A DNA stretch of 32,587 nucleotides from Bacteroidia bacterium (GTDB lineage: Bacteria > Bacteroidota > Bacteroidia > Flavobacteriales > Flavobacteriaceae). Location: positions 1 through 32,587 of the forward strand of contig JAUICT010000001.1 of assembly GCA_030429325.1 (NCBI GenBank), given 5' to 3'. Below the pieces are notes generated by a model. The model was not told the origin of the DNA, did no database searches, and worked only from the letters and a program-made list of their open reading frames with translations. Below, piece by piece: positions 9,808 through 22,139 of the stretch. The position numbers and the translations under genes are program-made. Numbering within the stretch: the stretch's first letter is position 1; each line of letters opens with the position of its first letter.

Positions 9808-12800
9808 ATGAATTACAAAGATTTACAAATCAGCACTCAACAAGCCGCAAAGCTGGCCTTTGAAAAATACGGTGTATCAGGCAAGGCAACGACATTGCCG
9901 GGCGAAGTTGATTTTAATTTTAAAATAACAACGAAGAAGAGCAACTATATCTTAAAAATTTCCAGACCAGATGCCGAAACCGGCTATCTGGATTTTCAAC
10001 AAAGAATACTGCTGCATATAACTGGCAATGGAGAAGAAGCCCCATTTCCAAAAGTGGTGGCGGACATGGCCGGGAATGCCATGACAACATTCGTGGATGG
10101 TGCCGGAAGGCAACGTAATATACGTATGCTTACTTGGGTAGACGGCAGGGTTTGGAGTCAGGTAAATCCACATACCAATACTCTTCGTCATAGCTTGGGG
10201 GAACTATGTGGAAAATTAACAAATGCTTTAAAAGATTTTGACCATCCTAGCGCGCATCGGGTCTTTGAATGGGATGTAGCCCAATCACTATGGACCAAGC
10301 AGCATTTGGAATTGTTTCCGCCAAGAGAAAAAGAAATCCTCACCTTTTTTCAACAAAGGTTTGAAGTTCAACAAGAATCATATGGTCAATTAAGGAAAAG
10401 TATAGTACATAATGATGCCAATGATAACAATGTCATTGTTTCCGAAGATTTATTACGTCCACAAGTAAAAACAGCCATAGATTTTGGTGATGCCATATAT
10501 ACACAAACCGTAAATGACCTGGCAGTGGCTTGCGCATATGCCATCATGCATCATAATGACCCTCTGGATGCTGCCTTGCCCTTGGTAGCGGGTTATCACA
10601 AATCCTTCCCACTGTTGGAAGAAGAATTGGTTCATCTTTATGACATAATTGCCATGCGATTGGCGATTTCCGTAACCAAATCTGCCTTAAACAAAATACA
10701 AGAACCAGATAATGCCTATTTGCTTATTAGTGAAAAACCCGCTTGGGAGGTGTTGAGGAAATGGTATCTAATTCCGCCAGATTTTGCCCATTTCAATTTT
10801 AGGCAAGCCTGTGGATTTCCACCCCACCCTAATCAGAAAACTTTTGCGCATTGGACCAAGTCAAATGCTTTTGAGCTTTCACAATTGTTTCCAACAGTAA
10901 ATAGATTCAAGGTACACGCCTTGGACTTGAGCGTATCCAGCAAATGGTTGGGGCATCAACAGGATTTTGAAGATGTACCCTTCTTTGATTTTAGGATAAA
11001 ACGTCTACTGGAAGAACATCCAGATCGTGTTCCGGCAGGAGGTTACCTGGAGCCACGTACGGTATACACCTCACCTGAATATGACAGGGTAGGAAATTAC
11101 GGAAAGGAAAGCCGTACCATACATCTTGGTGTGGATTTTTGGCTGCCTGAAGGTACCGTAGTTCATACGGTGATGGATGGCGAAGTAGTTATTGCAGAAA
11201 ACAATAAAGGAGATAAGGAATATGGTGGTCTTGTTGTACTAAAACATCAGGCAAAAGCCTTTTCGTTTTATACGCTCTACGGGCATTTGTCCCCTACATC
11301 TATCTTGGGTTTGGTGATGGGCCAAAAACTTCAAAAGGGAGACCGTATCGGGTGTTTGGGCAGCACGGCAGAAAACGGAAACTGGTCGCCCCACTTGCAC
11401 TTTCAGGTTATGCTTTCCCTTTTGGGAAATAAAAAGGATTTTCCAGGTGTGGCATACTATCGGGAGTTGGATACCTGGAAAAGTATTTGCCCAGACCCCA
11501 ATGCATTGTTCAAGTTAGAAGGCTTATTTCCTACAAAGGCTATTTCCAATAAAGAATTGGTGCAACAGCGAAAAAAATACCTAGGAAAAAGCCTAAGTTT
11601 AAGTTATAACATCCCCATAAAAATGGTCAGAGGAGCTGGTCAGTACCTTATTGATCAATATGGAAACAAATATTTGGATACAGTAAACAATGTGGCCCAT
11701 GTGGGGCATGAGCATCCAGATGTAGTTAAAGCCGGCCAAGAGCAAATGGCCCTTCTGAATACCAACTCTAGGTATTTGCATGAAAATATCCTGAAATTGG
11801 CCCAAGCGCTTTTGGAAACCCTACCCAAAGAATTGAGCGTTTTGCATTTTGTGAATTCGGGCAGTGAAGCCAATGAACTGGCCATACGAATGGTAAAAGC
11901 CGCTACCGGACAGCAAGATATCATTGCCTCGGAGGTAGGGTATCATGGTAACTCCAACATGTGTATTGATATAAGCTCGTACAAATTTGATGGCAGAGGT
12001 GGCAATGGGGCTCCAGAGCACACCCATATTTTTCCACTTCCTGATGCTTTTAGAGGAATATATAGAGGAAAAGATTCAGGACTAAAATATGCGGAAGAGG
12101 TTAAGAATCAAGTCAATGTAATCCATGAAAAAGGCAGAGGCGTGGGTGCACTTATTGTAGAACCTATTATTAGTTGTGGTGGGCAAATAGAACTACCAAA
12201 GGACTTTTTGCCCAAAGCCTATGAACATATTAGAAATGCAGGCGGACTTTGTATTTCCGATGAAGTACAGGTAGGATGTGGAAGACCCGGTAATACATTT
12301 TGGGGCTTTCAATTGTATGATGTCGTTCCAGACATCGTTACCATGGGCAAACCGTTGGGCAATGGGCATCCATTGGCCGTGGTAGCTTGTACTGCTGAGG
12401 TTGCGGAAAAGTTTGCCAACGGTATGGAATACTTTAATACGTTTGGCGGTAATCCGGTGTCTTGCGCAATAGGCATGGCTGTTTTAGATACCGTAAAAAC
12501 CGAGAGGTTACAAGAAAACGCATTGACCGTTGGCAACTTTTTAAAGGCCCAATTGCAAAAACTATCAGAGCAGTTTCCCATTATTGGCGATGTTCGTGGG
12601 CAAGGGCTTTTTCTCGGTTTTGAATTGGTAGATGCCAATTTAAATCCATTGGCCGCCCAAACCGATTATTTAATCAACCGGATGAAAGACCACGGTATAT
12701 TAATGAGTAGTGATGGCCCAGACCATAACGTGCTCAAAATAAAACCCCCGATGGTTTTTACCTGGGCCAATGCAGAAGAATTGATTATGTATTTAGCAAA

Positions 12801-12843
12801 AATTCTAGGTGAGGATTTTATGCAACTACACAAAAACAAGTAA
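9808..12843 (+). CDS. Trifunctional fusion: APH-like (hydroxylysine-kinase-like) phosphotransferase + M23 peptidase domain + class-III PLP enzyme of the AGXT2L/PHYKPL phospho-lyase type
   Basis: Kinase motifs HNDANDNN and IDFGD. M23 motifs HLGVD, YGHL, PHLHF. PLP domain motifs NNVAHVGH, LNTNSRYLH, NSGSEAN, DEVQVG, PDIVTMGK (PLP Lys), EYFNTFGGNPVSCA. No signal peptide. Confidence 0.88.
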   Translation: MNYKDLQISTQQAAKLAFEKYGVSGKATTLPGEVDFNFKITTKKSNYILKISRPDAETGYLDFQQRILLHITGNGEEAPFPKVVADMAGNAMTTFVDGAGRQRNIRMLTWVDGRVWSQVNPHTNTLRHSLGELCGKLTNALKDFDHPSAHRVFEWDVAQSLWTKQHLELFPPREKEILTFFQQRFEVQQESYGQLRKSIVHNDANDNNVIVSEDLLRPQVKTAIDFGDAIYTQTVNDLAVACAYAIMHHNDPLDAALPLVAGYHKSFPLLEEELVHLYDIIAMRLAISVTKSALNKIQEPDNAYLLISEKPAWEVLRKWYLIPPDFAHFNFRQACGFPPHPNQKTFAHWTKSNAFELSQLFPTVNRFKVHALDLSVSSKWLGHQQDFEDVPFFDFRIKRLLEEHPDRVPAGGYLEPRTVYTSPEYDRVGNYGKESRTIHLGVDFWLPEGTVVHTVMDGEVVIAENNKGDKEYGGLVVLKHQAKAFSFYTLYGHLSPTSILGLVMGQKLQKGDRIGCLGSTAENGNWSPHLHFQVMLSLLGNKKDFPGVAYYRELDTWKSICPDPNALFKLEGLFPTKAISNKELVQQRKKYLGKSLSLSYNIPIKMVRGAGQYLIDQYGNKYLDTVNNVAHVGHEHPDVVKAGQEQMALLNTNSRYLHENILKLAQALLETLPKELSVLHFVNSGSEANELAIRMVKAATGQQDIIASEVGYHGNSNMCIDISSYKFDGRGGNGAPEHTHIFPLPDAFRGIYRGKDSGLKYAEEVKNQVNVIHEKGRGVGALIVEPIISCGGQIELPKDFLPKAYEHIRNAGGLCISDEVQVGCGRPGNTFWGFQLYDVVPDIVTMGKPLGNGHPLAVVACTAEVAEKFANGMEYFNTFGGNPVSCAIGMAVLDTVKTERLQENALTVGNFLKAQLQKLSEQFPIIGDVRGQGLFLGFELVDANLNPLAAQTDYLINRMKDHGILMSSDGPDHNVLKIKPPMVFTWANAEELIMYLAKILGEDFMQLHKNK

Positions 12844-12848
12844 ATTAA

Positions 12849-15989
<3,141 letters not shown>

Positions 15990-16082
15990 AATTAGACATT
16001 ATATAGCATGAAACTTACAGTAGAAGTTTTTGAGAATCTCATTTCTATGATTTCTTCCCTAGTGTCCTTTATCTCTTATATA

Positions 16083-16680
16083 TGTAACCCTCCCAAAAAA
16101 AATCGGACTGGTTGGAGTTAGACAAAAAGTTTAATTTTAACAGTCAGGTATTATGAAGAGAACCGAGTTTACCGAGAGCTAGATCGTATCCTGCATCAAG
16201 CAGTACGAATCAGGGGTCAAAGTGGACTGGATCTGTAGGGAGATGGGTATCCACAAGGTCACATTTTACAATTGGAAGAAACGATATTCGGGGATGGACA
16301 GCCTCGAGCTCAAGCGCCTGAAGGAACTTGAGGAGGAGAACCGCAAGCTCAAGCAGATGTATGCGGACATGGCCCTTGACAACAAGATGCTGAAGGACGT
16401 GCTCTCAAAAAAGTGGTAGGCTCCGGTGAGAGAAAAAACATGGTGGCCTACCTGAGGGAATATTAAAGGGTAAGCATCACCGGGGTCTGCAGAACATTGA
16501 CGTTCCCAAAAACGATGTACTATTACCGCTTTGTGAAAGATGACAGTGAGGTAATCGAAAAGTTGCTGGAACTTTCCGTGGCCAAGCCAAGGGAAGGCAG
16601 GACAAATTCTATCAGCGGATAAGACTGGAAGGCCATAAATGGAACAAGAAACGAGTCAGGCGGGTATTACAATTGATTGA
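16083..16680 (+). mobile_element. Decayed IS3-family element: left end, orfA and 5' part of orfB
   Basis: Begins TGTAACCCTCCC (IS3-type 5'-TG end). A AAA AAG -1 frameshift motif at 16407-16413. The orfB remnant has a TAA at 16464-16466 and a further frameshift, and ends ...WNKKRVRRV. Confidence 0.85.
16153..16419 (+). pseudogene. IS3-family transposase orfA with premature stop
   Basis: Reads MKRTEFTES*IVSCIKQYESG..ICREMGI...TFYNWKKRYSGM..LKRLKELEEENRKLKQMYAD. TAG at 16180-16182 stands where Gln (CAG) is expected. Confidence 0.9.
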
Positions 16681-16976
16681 ACCGAGGCCCTTTCAAAAGG
16701 TGGCTCGAGAACGAGGCCCAGACAGTGGCCATCCATGGTATTTTCAAGGACAGCTTCGGGAGTTATGGGGCACCAAGGATCAGGGAGGAGCTCTTGAAAA
16801 GGGAATATCTGGCCTCAAGGTCGAGGGTGGCCAGAATAATAAAGGCCAACAGGCTTTTCGCCAAAAGATAGAGGAGGTTCAGGGCCACCACAGACAGCAA
16901 ACACGATTATCCGATAGCACCCAATATATTGGACCGTGACTTTATGGCACACAGGAAAAACCAGGTCTGGGTATCC
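16677..16976 (+). pseudogene. Fragment of a second, different IS3-family orfB
   Basis: Reads SYGAPRIREEL..RVARI..*RRFRATTDSKHDYPIAPNILDRDF..NQVWVS, with an internal TAG at 16869-16871. Breaks off just before the first DDE Asp and repeats the HTH region already present in the upstream fragment. Confidence 0.85.
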
Positions 16977-17005
16977 TTTTGCCCTTACTCCCCATTCCAT
17001 ATCGT

Positions 17006-17998
17006 TCATTCGATTCTTTGAAGAAAAATTCGCTCCATCCCAAGAAAATCCAACCCAACGACCTTCCCCCTTTCCATCCTGAACTCCAATGCCAGGGCCG
17101 GGTCCTCCCCCACGGCGAAAAGGGTGCCGGACTCGGCATGGATGGGATGTTCCGCTTTTCCCAGACGGGCATGGAGCCGCCCCTTTCTTCGAAAGATCTC
17201 TATCCGTGCCCCTTGTTCCCCTATGGCCCTATAGGTCCCCACATACCGTCCTTGCATTTTTCTGTCCAGGGGAATTCCCCGGGCCTTGTTGTACCCCCTG
17301 TCCTGGGCCAGCAACCATCCGTACCAGTCATCATCGGTCAGCGTACCACCCCATATCTCCTCCAACTCATGGCCCATGTCCGGATGGAAGGTCGTCCTCA
17401 CATCGGCACCGTACCGATCAAGGGCCTCCACCGCCTCATGGCTGCACCCTATCTCCACGGTGGTGTCCCTCTCCCCATGGATGATCCAGATGGGGACGTT
17501 CCTCACCCGCCAGGCCCTCTCAAGGTCGGAAGGGTAGGCACAGCCCGCTATGGGGGAGATGGCCGCAAAACGTCCGGGGTCCTGGAACACCCAGTCCCAT
17601 GTACCGTACCCGCCCATGCTGAAGCCGCTCAGGTACACCCTGTCCGGATCCACATTGTACCTTTCAAGGATCTCATCCAACATATGGTCGAGTTCGTCCA
17701 CGTTCCACCGCCTTTTGTTGCACACCGGGTTGACCACCACCATGGGAAGTTCCTTGCCGGAATCGATCAGGTAAGGAAGATAGGCATGGTGGATATTTTC
17801 TATGTCCACATTGCGGTCGGCCCCGTGAAGGTTGATCAATAGGGGCCATTTCCTGTCCGGTCCCTCTTGATAGCCTTTGGGGGTATATATCAGGAAATCG
17901 GTACGGATCTCCAATTGCTTCTCGATCGATTGCGCCCCTGCCCTACACAGGACGGAGCAAAAGATAAGGGCCATTGCCCTTGCTAGGTATCTGTTCAT
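17006..17998 (-). CDS. Secreted alpha/beta hydrolase (esterase/peptidase-like) with C-terminal DUF3471-like domain
   Basis: Signal peptide, WPLLINLHG, nucleophile elbow GFSMGG, HGERD, MGH. C-terminal YVGTY...LFAV beta-domain. Confidence 0.85.
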   Translation of the reverse strand: MNRYLARAMALIFCSVLCRAGAQSIEKQLEIRTDFLIYTPKGYQEGPDRKWPLLINLHGADRNVDIENIHHAYLPYLIDSGKELPMVVVNPVCNKRRWNVDELDHMLDEILERYNVDPDRVYLSGFSMGGYGTWDWVFQDPGRFAAISPIAGCAYPSDLERAWRVRNVPIWIIHGERDTTVEIGCSHEAVEALDRYGADVRTTFHPDMGHELEEIWGGTLTDDDWYGWLLAQDRGYNKARGIPLDRKMQGRYVGTYRAIGEQGARIEIFRRKGRLHARLGKAEHPIHAESGTLFAVGEDPALALEFRMERGKVVGLDFLGMERIFLQRIE

Positions 17999-18035
17999 TT
18001 GGTTCTTCTTTAGATCATTTTAAGTCGGGGAATGG

Positions 18036-19010
18036 TCAATCCACTTTGACCCCCTTTTTATCGCTGCTGGGCAATATCTCAAAGCCGTCCACCCTGCCAT
18101 CGGCACCACGGGTGAAGGTCAGTCCCGCAAAAGGGTTGTTGGCGAACAGAAAGGTGGTGTCCGATTCGGCCACCAGTTCACGGCTGCCCCCATTTCCCCT
18201 GCCGATCATCAACCGGCCCTTGTCCATGGCAATGGTGAACGTGTCCCCGTCGAAGGCATATCTCCCCTCGTACTCCCGGAGCAGTCCCTCCCGTGGCAAA
18301 ACAAGTTTTGGTGCATTCGCCTTCCTGTCCTTTCCTTTGAGCCAACCATATAGCCCTTGCATATCAAGTTCATCCCCGGAAGGAAGAAAATCCACTTTGC
18401 CGTTGTGCCCCGAAAGGCAACGCGCCATTTTACCTTGGCAGGAATCTTCGGGTCCATTGCCCTTGACCATCAGGATGGGCATGTTCCGCAAGCGCCATGC
18501 ATCGCCCCAATGCCGCTTTTTCGGGCATTCCGACAATACGGTCAGGGAAGCGAACCTTTCGGGGTCGGTAAAGGCCCAGTCCCAGACCCCATGGCCCACG
18601 AGATGGACCCTGTCGGCGTCTATGGAGTGTTCCCCCATGACCTTGTCGAGCAACAGATTGAGGGTGCCCATGTTCCATGGCCTGCCACCTCGCGATGGGG
18701 AGACCACCACAAAAGGGGGAGCTGGGCCATCGCCATCAACGGTGTTGGCCGTTTTGGGCCCTGCACGGTTTACTGGGGTCGATTTCCGGTCATGGAGGAA
18801 TACGACCAATGGCCATTTCCTGTCCTTGTGGTTGCCATATCCATTCGGTAGGTCGACCATGTAGTCCATCGTGTATACGGTGTGGTCAGGTCGCTGTTGG
18901 GCATGGGCCTTGGATATGTCCAGGGCGGACAGCAACAAGGTGAGAATGACCAGGATGCCGACCCCTTGTATGTTCTGTTCTGTCTTACTTGTTTTCATTT
19001 CATGTGACAT
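18036..19010 (-). CDS. Secreted alpha/beta-hydrolase paralog lacking catalytic residues, with DUF3471-like domain
   Basis: Collinear with the downstream gene (RKWPL..LH, D.DRV.L.G, WDW.F.DP.RFA, AWR.RN.PI), but GFSMGGYG is reduced to GHG. Confidence 0.75.
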   Translation of the reverse strand: MSHEMKTSKTEQNIQGVGILVILTLLLSALDISKAHAQQRPDHTVYTMDYMVDLPNGYGNHKDRKWPLVVFLHDRKSTPVNRAGPKTANTVDGDGPAPPFVVVSPSRGGRPWNMGTLNLLLDKVMGEHSIDADRVHLVGHGVWDWAFTDPERFASLTVLSECPKKRHWGDAWRLRNMPILMVKGNGPEDSCQGKMARCLSGHNGKVDFLPSGDELDMQGLYGWLKGKDRKANAPKLVLPREGLLREYEGRYAFDGDTFTIAMDKGRLMIGRGNGGSRELVAESDTTFLFANNPFAGLTFTRGADGRVDGFEILPSSDKKGVKVD

Positions 19011-19017
19011 TTAACCC

Positions 19018-20658
19018 TTATCGTACCCTTACGGCTTTCTTTTCATTTTTCTGGACAATGGTCAGCCCATTGATCTTGTCATTGGGCCCTGCGGTGAACA
19101 ACAGTAGCGCATCGATACCGACCGCATGGAAGCGTCCGCCTCCCAGGTGCCTTATCTCCTCCCTGTTGCTGCCCATCTGTCCGTACATCCTGTCCTGCTC
19201 CGAAACGACCTTGAACACCCTGCCATTGGGGAATTTGTAATCCCCCCCGTACCTCTCCAGGTCCCGCTTGGACAGTGGCACGGTCCTATAGGCCTTGATG
19301 CGTGTGGCCGTACGTTCCCAGTGGACGGGGCTGTACAGGCCATGGGTGACGAATCCCTGCGGACCGTTTCCCTGGCCGTCACCAAAATCGAGGATGGACA
19401 GGGTACCGTCCAACCGGAACCTGTTGTCCCCAAGGGGCAGCAACCGCGTCTTTTCGCCTCCCTTCCCAAAATAGAGGAGCGTTCCGTCCTCCAATCGTAT
19501 GGTACGCAGGACCCCTTGGTCCGAAAGGTATTCCCCTTGTAGGCGCTCCAAACTTTTGGCAGGAACCTCCACGCTCCCGAGCTCGTAGGGCCGCCCCATG
19601 GCCACGGCCGCCATTTTCGATGCGATGTCCTCTATCGGCCAGGTACAGCCACAATTGGTCAGTAGCGCCACGAAGACTTCCTCTTCCGGCAGGTAAAGGG
19701 CGAACGAGGTAAAACCGTTGACCGACCCCCCGTGCTTTATGCTCGGACTGCCCTGTACGTTGCCCAGCCGCCATCCAAGGCCATAGTCGATTCCCTTTCC
19801 ATTGTCCAGCACGTACCGTGAATGGGCCTTTCCCACGGCCCCACGGCCCAATATCCCATGTCCCATGACGGCCTTGTTCCAGACCGATAGGTCGTCTACG
19901 GTGGAGAGCAGTGCACCGCCCGCATAGGGAATGGCCATGCTCAGGTAATCGGTGTTCCTGTACCCCCCCTTTTCCCTGTCATAGCCGGGCACCCTGTCGA
20001 TGATTATCCCGGAAGTGTCATCATAACGGGTTTTGTCCATCCCAAGGGGACCGAAGAAGGTCTTGTCCAGATAGTCCGCATAAGTGGTCCCGGAAACGGC
20101 CTCGATGATCATCCCCAATAGGATATATCCGGAATTGCTGTACTTGAAGCCCGTTCCTGGGGCGAAGTCCAAAGGGGCATCCTTGAACAGGGCCATGAGC
20201 TCTCCGGGAGAAAGGTCCTTTCTTCGTATGTCCCCTTTTAGTTCCGGCATATCGGTATAGTTGGCGATACCGGATGTATGGGAGAGCAGATGGGCCACGG
20301 TGATCCCGTGTCCATCGGGATAGTCCTTGATATATTCCGTGATATCGTCCCCTATGGACAGCCTCCCCTCCTCTTCCAGTTTTAGGATGGCGGCCGCAGT
20401 GAACTGTTTGGTCAGGGAGCCTATCCGCAGCACATGCTCCGGGCGCATCCCCACCCCAAGCTCCAGGTCCGCCGCCCCAAAGGAATTTCTGTAGACGGCC
20501 TCCCCCTTCTTGGACACCAGTACCGTCCCTCCGACCGTGGTGGCCGATAGTTCGCCCACCAGTCCGTCCAAGGCATTGGCATATTCCTGTGCGCCACCGT
20601 TCCAGACCGATAGGGAAAGGGACAACAGTGCCATTGAAATTATTTTCTTGATTCTCAT
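19018..20658 (-). CDS. Serine hydrolase, beta-lactamase/peptidase S12 family, with C-terminal DUF3471-like domains (start placed at MRIKK; alternative 20685)
   Basis: Signal peptide, SxxK (GSLTKQF), LLSHTSG, YSNSGY, HGG. Confidence 0.92.
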   Translation of the reverse strand: MRIKKIISMALLSLSLSVWNGGAQEYANALDGLVGELSATTVGGTVLVSKKGEAVYRNSFGAADLELGVGMRPEHVLRIGSLTKQFTAAAILKLEEEGRLSIGDDITEYIKDYPDGHGITVAHLLSHTSGIANYTDMPELKGDIRRKDLSPGELMALFKDAPLDFAPGTGFKYSNSGYILLGMIIEAVSGTTYADYLDKTFFGPLGMDKTRYDDTSGIIIDRVPGYDREKGGYRNTDYLSMAIPYAGGALLSTVDDLSVWNKAVMGHGILGRGAVGKAHSRYVLDNGKGIDYGLGWRLGNVQGSPSIKHGGSVNGFTSFALYLPEEEVFVALLTNCGCTWPIEDIASKMAAVAMGRPYELGSVEVPAKSLERLQGEYLSDQGVLRTIRLEDGTLLYFGKGGEKTRLLPLGDNRFRLDGTLSILDFGDGQGNGPQGFVTHGLYSPVHWERTATRIKAYRTVPLSKRDLERYGGDYKFPNGRVFKVVSEQDRMYGQMGSNREEIRHLGGGRFHAVGIDALLLFTAGPNDKINGLTIVQKNEKKAVRVR

Positions 20659-20711
20659 GGTATTGTTTTTTTGATCGATGTTCATCCGAATTTTTCGCCT
20701 TGTTCCCTAGG

Positions 20712-21053
20712 TCACTCTTTGTCCCGTATCCTTTTGAGCAGGGCATGGGACAGCAAAAGTCCACATCCCATGGAGAGGAATATGGCGACAACGTACACGA
20801 GGTGGCCCAAATCCCAGAGGCCAAGGTTGTCCAAGGCCCGTCCCAGCAGGGTACCGAGCCCGATGGAGATGCACAGGATCCCAAGGGTGAGCACCAAGGG
20901 CAGGTAATGGGCGTTGCCCTTGAAATGGTCCTTTGGGAGCCCCTTTTCCAATAGGGCCATCCGTTCCCTGTGACGGGTGGTGATATAATAATACGATATG
21001 CCGAAGACGACAAGGGCGATGGCGATAAAGAGTGCTGCTGACGTAACTTTCAT
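20712..21053 (-). CDS. DUF6249-like small membrane protein
   Basis: 113 aa, three hydrophobic segments, motif RHRERMALLEKG. Divergent from an ECF sigma gene, the usual context for this family. Confidence 0.8.
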   Translation of the reverse strand: MKVTSAALFIAIALVVFGISYYYITTRHRERMALLEKGLPKDHFKGNAHYLPLVLTLGILCISIGLGTLLGRALDNLGLWDLGHLVYVVAIFLSMGCGLLLSHALLKRIRDKE

Positions 21054-21084
21054 GGTTCTTTTTTTTGGTGTATTTTACCTATTG

Positions 21085-21154
21085 GACGGGAAATCGCCCC
21101 AAGCGGTCACAAAAAATCGATAAAAAATGTGACCGGCCGGTAAAAATTACCGTC
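21085..21154. promoter_or_regulatory. Two back-to-back ECF-sigma promoters, TGTGACC-N16-CGTC
   Basis: Plus strand: TGTGACC 21128-21134 and CGTC 21151-21154. Minus strand: TGTGACC 21111-21105 and CGTC 21088-21085. Both spacers are 16 nt. Confidence 0.8.
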
Positions 21155-21164
21155 AAACAGGGGA

Positions 21165-21749
21165 ATGCGGACCAAACGGGACAACAAAGAGGGGAACGGG
21201 CTCCTCCAGAGGGCCATCAATGGCGACCAGCGGGCCCTCGCCGATCTGGTGGGGAGGCACTCGGCCATGGCCTATACCATAGCGGTGAGGATCACCCTCA
21301 ACAAAGAGGACGCCGAGGAGGTCGTACAGGATGCCTTTATAAAGGCCTTTTCCTCACTTGAAAGGTTCAGGAGATCGGCCAGGTTCTCCACATGGCTGTA
21401 CAGGATCGTCCACAATACCGCCTTGGACAAGGTACGGGGGAGAAGGACGGACGACGGCCGCGGCGGGGACCTGTCCCAGGCACGGACACCGGTCCAAGGG
21501 AACGCCGGATGGGAAGACCTGGTGGACGGGGACAGAATCGCGTACCTTGACAGGGCCATGGAGCTGCTGTGTGAAACGGACAGGTCGTTGTTCGCCCTGT
21601 ACTACTCGGGCGGGCGCCCCATATCGGAGATCTCCAAGGTCACGGGGCTCAAACGATCGGCCATCAAGATGCGCCTGGCCCTGGGCAGGACCAAAATCAA
21701 GGAAGAGCTGGAAAGATTGTTGGGCAACGAAAAGGACAGTTTATTATGA
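21165..21749 (+). CDS. ECF RNA polymerase sigma factor (SigW/RpoE-like)
   Basis: DAEEVVQDAFIKAF..F...ARFSTWLYRI..N plus a region 4 HTH (ISEISKVTG....AIKMRL). Confidence 0.93.
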   Translation: MRTKRDNKEGNGLLQRAINGDQRALADLVGRHSAMAYTIAVRITLNKEDAEEVVQDAFIKAFSSLERFRRSARFSTWLYRIVHNTALDKVRGRRTDDGRGGDLSQARTPVQGNAGWEDLVDGDRIAYLDRAMELLCETDRSLFALYYSGGRPISEISKVTGLKRSAIKMRLALGRTKIKEELERLLGNEKDSLL

Positions 21750-22081
21750 ACAGGAAAAAGATCACGGAAAAAGAGATCATCGGACTATTGGAAAGAAAAG
21801 GGTTGGAACGGCCATCCGATGGCCTCACGGACAGGCTTATCGATGGGGTGGCCAAGTCCAGGGCCGGGCGTACGGTACAAGGGGGCCGGTTGGAGCGTTA
21901 CCTTGGAAGATCGATCATCGGCTTTCTCCTTTTGGTCTGTTCCTGGTACCTGTATGAACTCGATGCCTTTTATACGGCTCCCTTGGTCTTTGTCAGTATC
22001 TCCTTCCTTGTGTTGGGGGTATGGACCGCCATATGGATGCTAAGAACCATGATGTCCAGGGACAATCCCTATCCCCGCTAA
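21746..22081 (+). CDS. Putative membrane anti-sigma factor
   Basis: ATGA overlap with the sigma gene. N-terminal LERPS.GLTDR motif followed by two TM segments. Confidence 0.7.
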   Translation: MNRKKITEKEIIGLLERKGLERPSDGLTDRLIDGVAKSRAGRTVQGGRLERYLGRSIIGFLLLVCSWYLYELDAFYTAPLVFVSISFLVLGVWTAIWMLRTMMSRDNPYPR

Positions 22082-22139
22082 AAAAATGCATAGGGCAAAA
22101 AATCGTTCATACATTTTCTTTTTTTATCAAAAAATAAGA

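Noticed and set aside
11560-12843. Plain 4-aminobutyrate aminotransferase (gabT) call
   Set aside because: NNVAHVGH, LNTNSRYLH and EYFNTFGGNPVSCA plus fusion to an APH-like kinase fit the AGXT2L/phospho-lyase branch better. Transaminase activity is not formally excluded.
16979-21013. Long alternative ORFs (16979..17842 +, 17974..18864 +, 20021..21013 -)
   Set aside because: Shadow frames of well-supported genes in GC-rich DNA where stop codons are scarce; no family motifs.
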